64,000 nt of DNA from positions 30,690,001 through 30,754,000 of the forward strand of contig NW_027266267.1 in assembly GCF_022045235.1 (NCBI RefSeq), read 5' to 3'. The translations under genes and the position numbers were made by a program. A model generated the notes under the pieces. That model had not been told where the DNA came from, ran no database searches, and saw only the letters and a list, made by a program, of their open reading frames with translations. Shown here in pieces: positions 53,901 through 64,000 of the stretch. This DNA is from Haliotis cracherodii (Eukaryota). Position 1 is the first letter of the stretch. Every line of letters starts with the position of its first letter.

Positions 53901-54615
53901 TACACTTACTTATCAATCTCTCATACACTCATATGTACAATACACTTACTTATCAATCTCTCATACACCCATGTGTACAATACACTTACTTATCAATCTC
54001 TCATACACTCATATGTACAATACACTTACTTATCAATCTCTCATACACCCATGTGTACAATACATTTACTTATCAATCTCTCATACACTCATATGTACAA
54101 TACACTTACTTATCAATCTCTCATACACTCATATGTACAATATACTTACTTATCAATCTCTCATACACTCATATGTACAATACACTTACTTATCAATCTC
54201 TCATACACTCATATGTACAATACACTTACTTATCAATCTCTCATACACTCATATGTACAATACACTTACTTATCAATCTCTCATACACCCATATGTACAA
54301 TACACTTACTTATTAATCTCTCTTACACTCATATGTACAATACACTAACTTATCAATCTCTCATACACTCATATGTACAATACACTTACTTATCAATCTC
54401 TCATATACTCATATGTACAATACACTTACTTATCAATCTCTCATACACTCATATGTACAATACACTTACTTATCAATCTCTCATACACCCATATGTACAA
54501 TACACTTACTTATCAAGCTCTCATACACCCATATGTACAATACACTTACTTATCAATCTCTCATACACTCATATGTACAATACACTTACTTATCAATCTC
54601 TCATACACCCATATG
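53901..54615. repeat. 40-bp minisatellite (tacacttacttatcaatctctcatacactcatatgtacaa)n, ~18 units
   Basis: Near-perfect tandem units. Confidence 0.98.
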
Positions 54616-55651
54616 CTCGTTTACATCGACATCTTGTCTCGGTCGTAAAATATATTTAAAACAAAACATCACCTTGTTTTAAGTCTTATTTCATTATGAC
54701 GCTTATCAGTGGGTTGGTCAGAATACAATTCGCGGCTGTCAAAGTTGCATGGTACTTTCAGGTAAGCTTCTGAGCTTCATGCTACGTTTTCATTCAGTTT
54801 TTGCCCGAATATACATTGGTTTCGGGTTTTTTTTTACTATTTATATACTGTTTAAGTGATTTTGAATTTTATAATTAATAGACACAAAGATCGATCGGGT
54901 ATTCAAAAGAAATTTTAAAACATTTCTATTGTTCAAGCTTTGTTTCTTTACCATGGACGATGGATCCAAAAACATTCAAACACTCTCGCCCCAGTTATGT
55001 ATGTATGCAGGCCCCTTACATTGCCATCTTTATGTGAGCCTTGTGGAATCCTCATGTATTTGTGCTGGCACTGTTTCCATAACGTATATATTTCTACTTA
55101 CTACAAGCATAAAGAATAGTTTGAGGATGGATGCCATGTAGTTTGTAGAGAGCAGTTTCATTCCTGCTTTTGCTCCTGGCAGTCTACGCAGTGGCTTGCG
55201 GTCATTCCAGTTGCTACCATATAGAACAGATTTGCCATAAACATCATGCCCACATCGTCCGATTGGATACTCGGCCTCACGCTCTTATCTTGGATCTTCA
55301 AGGCAGTACGTCCCTGTCATTCGGGGGAGAGCACTGGCGCGCGTGCCTCCAATCAGGGGTTATTTACAAGGTTTTGCAGAGAGTTCGTTGAATTACCGCA
55401 GACGAGAGTTAACGTAAATATAACCATATTCCTGTCTTGAAATGTGTTTTTCATTAAACTTTGCTATCTCATGGTGCCACGCGTCTGTCCTTGAACTGTA
55501 CGGAAACCCGACTGCCCCATGTGTTCAATTCATTTATTTCCTGGCGTTTTGTCCCAGTTACCTCTTGCGAGAAAATATCATTTAATTCCATGAATTATAA
55601 AAAAGACAGTTTGTCCTCAATGGTCACTAACTAAGATCGCGAATTTTCATA

Positions 55652-56187
55652 TGTTGATGACTAATGTTCTCATTATGACGACTACTGTTCTCATGTTGGC
55701 GACAAATGTTGTCATGTTGGCGAATAATATTCTCATGCTGACCACTAATGTTCTGATGTTAATGACTAATGTTCTCATGTTGACTACTAATGTTCTCATG
55801 TTGACTACTAATGTTCTCATGTTAATGACTAATGTTCTCATGTTGACTACTACTGTTCTCATGTTAATGACTTATGTTCTCATGTTAATGACTAATGTTC
55901 TCATGTTGACTTCTAATATTCTCATGTTGACTACTACTGTTCTCATGTTAATGACTTATGTTCTCATGTTAATGACTAATGTTCTCATGTTGACTACTAA
56001 TATTCTCATGTTGACTACTACTGTTCTCATGTTAATGACTTATGTTCTCATGTTAATGACTTATGTTCTCATGTTAATGACTTATGTTCTCATGTTAATG
56101 ACTTATGTTCTCATGTTAATGACTAATGTTCTCATGTTGACTTCTAATATTCTCATGTTGACAATTTGACTTTTAATGTTCTCATGT
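55652..56187. repeat. 21-bp minisatellite (tgttctcatgttaatgactaa)n, ~25 units
   Basis: Directly visible. Confidence 0.95.
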
Positions 56188-56995
56188 AAATTGCTCTCAT
56201 TATCACACCGCAAATGTTCATATGTTAACTACTAATTGTCTAATAACGTTGTAATGTCGACTTCTAATGTCTCATTGGGAGCCAAAATTATGCAGGATCC
56301 CTTAGGCCTGCCAGGAGCATATGATTCCGCCCGAGTATTGAGCAAAACATGCCAAGCCGTAGAGGTGTCCACTGGTCGAAGGTGCGACGATGTGCACAGT
56401 TGCATATCTATGTAGAGTCAGCATTCGCTGAGTGTGAGTTCAAATCCCAGATGTTCCCATGTGGATTATAAATGGAATGTTTTACTCCCAAATATGCGGG
56501 GGAAATGGTTGGTGGTGGGATTGGGGGTGATTGGTGGGGATTTAGAGTTGCTGTTCCCAAAAGATAGATCCATTTTAGAATAGACAAGGGCCAGACATCT
56601 AAAACCACGATGATTCAGCGATGATGTATGTCACCGTCATAGTTCCGACTTACACAATACTGATAGGTTCCTTAACAGTTCCTAACTTAAGGTGATGAGG
56701 CACAACATGCCATATTTAATGTCTCTCGTGGTGGGTTACAACATAAAACTATATAATGTATCGACACACGACCAATATTAGATTGGAGCTAGATTTGTTT
56801 TGTGAAAAGGGCATGTTCCATTTGCCTCATTCCAAATTCCTTTCAAGTATTTCAATCTAAAATCCATTCCATACTTTACACTTTGGCATGGACACAGTAG
56901 TACACAACAATTCATGTTACATTGTTTGCGAGTCAGTTAAGGCTAAGTGGAGAGTGAATATAGTAACATATTTTAACGAAGTAATCTAGCATATA

Positions 56996-57562
56996 CAGGC
57001 CTCAAAGTTGCGACTGAAACTGTCGCCAATGCGACCTAAATTTCAATTTGTCCACTGTCTAAAATTCAGAGGTAGCCAAATGACTACCTTGAAAAATATC
57101 TTGTGGCGACTAAATTCTATTGCTACACATATCATGCATATGTTGACACAAACATAAATAACAGCTGATCATGGAAAACACATATGTTAATAATTGTACT
57201 CACAAACAATGCCTCCTAAAATCGACAATGAACCGAAATACATCAATATTAATTTAATTAGTAGATTATTCTAGTTGACAATGCTCAATGGATACGCAAG
57301 GATATACCTATATAATCTTGTAACATACATTACATCATTGTTAAAGTCACAAATAACAAAAACCACGTACAGTACAGTTTCCACTAGTATACAATACAAA
57401 GACTAGCGCTATTACTTGTACATATTATAATAGTAAAGATAATTTCAAATGTTTTTAGCTACCTACAATATTGGCTTGACTTCTTGATTTATCCAGTGGC
57501 TACCAGGAAAAAAAACTAGTAGCCATGTGGCTACTTGGTAAAAAGTTAAACTTTGAGGCCTG
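56996..57562. mobile_element. Non-autonomous hAT-like MITE with 14-bp TIRs and an apparent 5-bp TSD
   Basis: caggcctcaaagtt / aactttgaggcctg, flanked by atata on both sides; subterminal gcgac/gctac motifs. Confidence 0.85.
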
Positions 57563-58289
57563 ATATAGTAGTAATATAGTTTAATACATTGTTACAATGA
57601 TAATAGAGACGGCGATCCTGACACCTTAAAAAACCACTTTGTTCAAGCCAAAGCTTTCTGGCAAAATACTTTCCTGGGTATCTTCCATACAAATATTACA
57701 TGAGGCTAGCGTCAGTCTTTAAACCACGCTTTTAGCCCACGATGCAGGCTGTAATTTTCCAAAAGCACGTGCAAGAACTCGTAACATCGTTTTGAATTAA
57801 ACAAAACGTCAGTTGCAACCTTGTTGGGAACAGACGCATCTGAGTAAGTCAGTCATCAATGAAACGGGACCTTGGTCGGAAACGTTTCAACAGTATATAA
57901 TGTCACTTCAAAAACCTCTTAAGAAACACATATGCAGCTATTAATGTAATTAAGCCAACGTTTATTACCGTTCGACGACAAACAAGCACGGTGAGTAATC
58001 GAGGCAATTCTTGAAGGTCAAGGTCACCATTGATCATGGAACAAGCAACAATTGAAACTATGTAATTATGTCCAGCTATTATGTCTCTTTTATGAATATT
58101 CTTTCAAATAATTAATAAACACCAGCAAAGACCCGACCGTTTATTGAGATCAAATAAAATACCTACAAATATCCAATCACATTTGAAGACGCAACAAAAC
58201 AACCAATATACTAACTTAAGTACCTTACCTTTCATTAAATTAAATAGCGCCTTTACCCCGTCTCTATCATTTTCCAGATTTACAGTTGC

Positions 58290-59180
58290 AGATTCCTAAT
58301 CTTTACTCAAGATGATACAAATAGTTACTATACTCTTGCAGACTCCCTGTTTCCCCAGATAGTATCGTTAATATACGCCAACATATTACCAACATTTTCT
58401 CTTGGTACACATACCTGCTCCACAGATTCCTGACTGTTCCTCGAGGTCCTCCTGATCAAATTGACTGCAAACTATTTCTCAAGGTAATGCAAATAGTTAC
58501 CACACGCCTGCACACTTCCAAAATTTCTTCTAGATCTTATAAATGTTTACTTTTCTCAAACATTTCTCTGGGAATAATATATAGTTGCTATATACTCCTG
58601 CAGACTCCCAAACATTTCTCTCGGTATAATAAATAGTTACTGTGCACTCTTGCAGACTCACAAACATTTCTTTCGGTTTAATAAATAATTACTATGTACT
58701 CCTTCAGACTCCCAAAAATTTCTTTCGGTGCAGACTCCCAAACATTTCTTTCGGTACAATAAATGATTACTATGTACTCCTGCAGTTTCCCAAACATTTC
58801 TCTTGATAAAAGATATAGTTAATATTCTCATCCATATTAGTATAGCAAACTGTTCATCTACTGCTCCAGATCTCCGAACAATTGGTAATATAGTTAATTT
58901 ACTCCTGCAGAGTCCCAACTCCAAGTATCGCCAATTAGTTCGTAACGTCTATAGACTCTGGCAGGTTCCAAAACGTCTTGTAAAATAAACCCTCAATTGT
59001 ATTTCACCTGTTAATAGGTATAGTTAATATACTCATTACCAAACTATTAACTAGATCCTACAAATAGTTTATACAATTCTTCAGATTCTCAACTTTATCT
59101 GTAGGAAATACAAATGCTTGATATTGCTTTCTAGGTACTACAACTTGTTTGTATTCTTCACACTTTCTTAACTATTTCTC
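58290..59180. repeat. Old, degenerate ~52-bp tandem repeat
   Basis: atagttacta..tgcagactcccaaacatttct recurs (58581, 58633, 58685). Confidence 0.75.
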
Positions 59181-59834
59181 AAGGTGCAATACGCAAACCA
59201 CTTCTGGCTAGGGTGTGGGCGCTGTAAAGACAGCGGGTAGAAATACAGCAATCAATGTTTGGATACAGGTTCCCTTCATGTTCAGTGCTGAATGTACTCG
59301 CGCACACACGAGAGACGGTGACACTGTACGTACATAGTAAATACGCCGTGGACTTTTGTATACATGCAGCACTATGTTCATATCGTGTTTCCGCATGTCA
59401 GTCGAAAAATGGAAATACAAAACATGTGTGTTTAAAATCTAACCGAAATGTATCACTAAATATGTTTATATAGATTCGAAAATCATACATTTGCACTGTC
59501 TTCTGACTGACAATACTACGACAAAGAGGTCTAAATATTTAGTTTAAAGTGAGAATGGAAACAGTTTTACTACATCCTGTATGTAATGCTGCACTTTCCG
59601 AACCGCTGGTGACGCGAGGTGAGGGGCGGGTCGACTCGACTCCAGCAGCCTGAATACGTCAGGGAATGTATATTGGGCATCCTGTGTCTGTTGCAGCAGC
59701 ATCACTGAGCAAGACGTCCCTGCAGTGTTTTACACAGGTCTGCTATTGGTGTATGACATGAGTGGTATTTCACACAACCTACTTTGTAACTTTGAGCAAA
59801 GGTGTACATACTTTTACATCTACGTACGTCTTTC

Positions 59835-60035
59835 GTTTGCGCGAGTGAGTGAGTTGGGTTCAACACCGATCTGAAATCTATTTCAGTAAATTAACGGCGT
59901 TTCAATGTATATCAGATGAAACCCCAAAGGGATGGTTTGCGCGAGTGAGTGAGTTGAGTTCAACACCGATCTGAATTCTATTTCAGTAAATTAACGGCGT
60001 TTCAATTTATGTCAGATGAAACCCAAAAGGGATGG
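59835..60035. repeat. 100-bp tandem duplication containing a minus-strand SINE tail
   Basis: gtttgcgcgagtgagtgagttg.. starts at 59835 and again at 59935. Confidence 0.9.
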
Positions 60036-60037
60036 TT

Positions 60038-60180
60038 GTGGTAAAAGCGTTCGCTCGTCACTCGACCCAGGTTCTATTCCCCTCATGGATACAATGTGTG
60101 AACCCTTTTCTAATGTTCCCCACCATGATATTACTGGAATATTGCTACAAGCGTCGTAAAACCATACTCATTCATTCATT
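60038..60180 (+). mobile_element. Diverged copy of the 21244 SINE
   Basis: gtggtaaaagcgttcgctcgtcac..acaatgtgtgaa..ctggaatattgct..cgtaaaacc..actca. Confidence 0.8.
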
Positions 60181-62354
60181 CTGGGTGGCAGCGTTGTCTT
60201 TACCACAAGGGCTTCATTTAACAATGATAAAAAACTTGAGAATTCTACAAAAATAATTAGTAACAGCGGCCAGTAGGTTAGTAAACAGCGAATATACTAT
60301 CTTGTCTGGTAGACTGCGCGCGGCAATATTTCTGTTTCGGCCTCAAGGGCACGTGACATTCATTACTTCCCCCTTGGTAAGTATCACGCCCGCCATTTTG
60401 AGACAAGTAGATGATTATGAGTCAATGTGTTAGGTATACATTGGCTTTGTAACTTTGTTAATATTGTTTCTTCATGACTTCTAAAATTATGAACTTGTAT
60501 GTCATTTGCTATTTATTTGTTTTACAAATTGTATTCAGCAGCTGTCAACAGGGGACACATAATAACTAAGAAACGAGCCTTTATTACAGTGTAGTAAATG
60601 TACTGCACGCTTAGTATATATACTATTGCAGTTAAAGCATTATGATAAAAAGACTAGTAAATATCCCTTTTTATATGAGTATAATTCACCACTTAATCCA
60701 GTAGTTCGTTAAAAGGTGGATAGTAATCTCTACTAAGTGATAAGTATTTTTTTCAGTCAAAAATACTCCACCTACCTACTAGTCTAATTAGAACAAAAAT
60801 TACTAACTGCTTAGTAAAGTCTGCTAACATGTTAGTTAATAGAGTAACTTGGTGGACAGTGAGATTCACTTAGTAAACTTTACTAACTCTTTGTCAGTGA
60901 AACATTTCAGAGTCAGTGTATGCTTTTAAATTACTTTTCTGATGATGTCATAATTTAGAACATTCAAAGAGGAAGTGGTAGTTATTTGCTCATTGGTAAT
61001 GGCAAGAACAAGGCCACATCGGAAAAGATCTCCACATAGAGTACTGAAGTCTGTCATACAGACCCTGATAATAAAATATCCTATTCAGCCCATGCACATC
61101 TTTAATAGTTGGCAAGTCTAGATTACTGCAGTTTCGGGACGCAGGGAGTCTCTGGGCTATATTTTATCATATTTTATATGTTAGAATAATTTAACAACAG
61201 TTTTTTTATGTAAAATATTTTCATTTAAGAGATTAAAATTCCGATGTTCGTCTAAGTGTACTGCAGTAGTGCCGTGATGGCATGTTATTTAATTCGTTTT
61301 ACCAGCAAAACGTAACCCGGACGCTGGTTTTGTTTTGTACTATATCGTTATAAAAGGACTGAAGTTAGTATCTCAAATATTCCAACATTTTCTAGTTGAA
61401 CGTAAGGAAGATATAAGCAAATTATAGTACGATGCTTGTAATGTTACGCATGGATTAACCATTTGACAATATGACTTGGAGCAAGACTGGATCGTGCTAA
61501 CACTTGTATTTGAATCTCATACATAAGTATAAATTTTCTTCGAGAACGTCTTTTCTTCAGTGGATCCGATCCTGTTTCGAAATATAGTGAAATGCGAGAT
61601 GCAAACATGGACAAACCAGTGACAATATATGCTGCCTCAATTTGAACTTTTTCAATATTTTCTTAGCCGTATATCCTCATAATACTTTTAAGCAGCAAGA
61701 CACAATATGTGCACTGCATTTACTTTCCTTTGTATATATTATGCCTAGGTGTTGATGGGTTGATACTTGTTTTAATAACGAGTTGTATGAATACTATTTC
61801 AGACTAATGTCAGTTGATTGTTGGTACAAATTGAAATCAATTCACAAGGATGTACTACTGAGGGAATATGTTTCGGCGTTTGTGGTTTTTGTTTTCGTTT
61901 AATAGAAGCTCTGAATCAACTACAGAGATGGCAGAAAATAAAGCTGAATCGTTTAAGAAAAGCTAACATTTGATTGGCGCGAAACCCTTTGCATCCTATA
62001 TTTGATTGGGCGGTCAAAACTCGTGACCTCCTCAGGGTTTGTCAGAACATGACAGAGAGAGTTATCGTCACGATCACAGTACAAATCTGAGTTTAATGAA
62101 CAATCTAAACCATCTGCATTAACATTACGAGAGTAATGACTACACTTTATAATTAGAGGAATGAAAGGAATGTTCTAGTTTTGGGAATTAAAGACAAAAA
62201 ATATTAACCCTTGGTGATCTCCCATTATTTTAATATCTAATATATATATACATTTGAGATATCTACCGCAGCATTATCACTTGGCCATACTCAAATTTAT
62301 TAGGTAATGCTTTAACTAAGATTTTCTAAACCTGTAAATTTGATTTTTTTTAAA

Positions 62355-62510
62355 GGGAGGGGGGGGGGGGGGGGGGGGGGGGGGGTGCACAATTAAGATC
62401 TATTTATTGTCTTTGGTGGTAATTTATACAGAAATAAAGATTTCTTTCGAAATAAAAAGGGGGGAGGGGGTGGGTGCGCGCCCCTGCACCCCCCTCTGTA
62501 TCCGCCCATG
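62355..62510. mobile_element. One end of a hAT-like MITE with poly-G tract
   Basis: A ~27-nt G run and the terminus cccccctctgtatccgcccatg; the other TIR was not found. Confidence 0.45.
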
Positions 62511-63189
62511 GCTCTTTTAAATCTCTTTGTGTCATGTAAATGTGGATAACAAATACTAAACGTTCATAACTGCATGGGTTAGAATGGTTTAACTATGGTC
62601 ACATCACACACTCCAGCTGTCTTAGTATGATCACAAGGGGCGCTACTGCTACGATCAAGGATTGTGTTGCACGAGCCCGCTAGTACAGTAGTCAAATTAT
62701 ATTTCAACGTGTTTCCTGTGAATCGTCCTATCGTATTTTTGAATCCACCGAATCAATTAGTTCTCTCGGATGTGCACACTAAGTAGGGCAAGTGAGAGGA
62801 AGGCAGTGTTCAGAATATACATTTGGCCTACATTTTAAAAGCGTCATCCCAGCGACGCTTGCTAGATTTCGCTCGCAGGCGGAAACGCTAATTGCACACG
62901 AGTGGCCTTTTGATCCGTGTTGTCACGTGACATGGTCACGTGATGCGTGGGAGGCAAGTAGTGAAAGCGATCCGTGTTTTCTCTTCACACGTTGAGGCGC
63001 TCCTCCACGCATGATTGATCTCTACTGAAAAACAAACCTCTTAGTGGATTGATGAGAAAGTTGTCGTGCAACTACTCATATCATGTCAAACATTTTTATA
63101 CAAAATCACTTTTCATGTCAGAATGCAAAGAAGATGCATGACGATATGTCATTTTACAATCGTGACAATATGATAGTTAAAAATGAAAT

Positions 63190-63440
63190 AAAATTAGAAC
63201 CCTATCAAAGAAAATAAGACAATATCGAATGCACTTTTCCAAACTGGGATCAAGTAACCACAAAATAACTATATAACTTGAAAGACATTCAAAGCCTTCC
63301 ACCCTACTACCTCAGAGACATGTCCCACCATTGATGATGAAAAACACAACCTACTTCACTATACCAAACACATTCAAGAAAAAACTAGATGTTATCCACA
63401 CCAAATGTAAATGTCCACAAGCCATGAAAACAGACTATTT
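63190..63440 (+). mobile_element. Highly degenerate RTE-X-like LINE 3' remnant
   Basis: FSKLGSSNHKITI*LERHSKP resembles the LR.SNHKL.IETGR motif. Confidence 0.5.
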
Positions 63441-64000
63441 CGCTATATCCTCTCTGATAATGAAGCCATCAACATCAATTGGGTATGCTCCATATCAATA
63501 ATTTCGAGCAATAAATACCTGTTGATCAACCTATGACATTGTATGTATAATATCTTCAGATCTGTAATACTGATACTCCTTTTAAATGATTTCTTTGTGT
63601 TAACAGGTATGTATGTATGTCTGTATTTGTGTATGTATGAATCATAATGTTTTGTCATTAAAATATTGCATCTGTTCCGTAATGGAATGTTTTCTGCAAT
63701 AAATCTTCTCTTGTCTTATCTTATATTTTGTCTGTTGGTGTGAGATCAGGTTCTAGTGTCATGTTGGGAATGTCCGCAGAAGTAAACATTACACTTGGTG
63801 GGGAAATAACACACGAATAGAACCATCTACCTGCACTTCTTCAACAGAGAGGGAGAATCTGAAACGTCATAATCATAAACTTTGAACAACCATTTTTATT
63901 ACTTTTTAAATATACTAATCATAATACTATCAATAAAGTGTTAATACACTTAGGAGAACAATGTCTTCTATATCCAAATGGAAATGTCAGAGATATTGTG

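Noticed and set aside
55140-55440. GC-richer segment with short ORFs on both strands
   Set aside because: No recognisable motif or consistent splice boundaries.
51426-56169. ORFs in the 14-, 40- and 21-bp arrays
   Set aside because: Open in multiple frames because of repeat composition.
57855-57890. Penelope-type hammerhead ribozyme (ggacc-tt-ggtc-ggaaac)
   Set aside because: The CUGANGA core is absent; ctgatga hits elsewhere (e.g. ~29672) lack the required stems.
61965-62012. Paired CCAAT boxes 32 bp apart as a promoter
   Set aside because: No downstream gene is evident, and the surrounding ~61770-62240 sequence looks like a non-autonomous TE.
62359-62385. Poly-G run as a functional G-quadruplex
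   Set aside because: It is part of a MITE-like end, and homopolymer length is unreliable in assemblies.

Overview
This is AT-rich eukaryotic (animal) genomic DNA, dominated by repeats. From recalled repeat families, the SINE repertoire (tRNA heads, a shared CGCCGTGATAT...GCGGCGTAAAAC tail, (ACTC)n ends) suggests a gastropod mollusc, abalone-like; this is an inference, not a database result. No intact host gene, RNA gene or CRISPR array can be supported. The first ~28 kb holds decayed retrotransposons (RTE-X-like, L1/Tx1-like, I/Nimb-like, R4/Dong-like), MITEs, SINEs and a dead Tc1 (DD34E). From ~28 to 56 kb, roughly half the sequence is nine unrelated minisatellite arrays (units of 30, 33, 41, 29, 36, 14, 17, 40 and 21 bp), several with block duplications. 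Most long ORFs in the track, including the 738-aa one, are by-products of these arrays. I did not find a convincing new biological system. The best leads are: a 36-bp array that appears to grow out of a putative terminal exon; a modular family of short retroposons, one with a possibly structured non-tRNA head; a Crypton-like palindromic element; a hAT MITE with a 5-bp TSD; and an R4/Dong insertion at (TAA)n. Coordinates were read by eye, and ends of degenerate elements are approximate.
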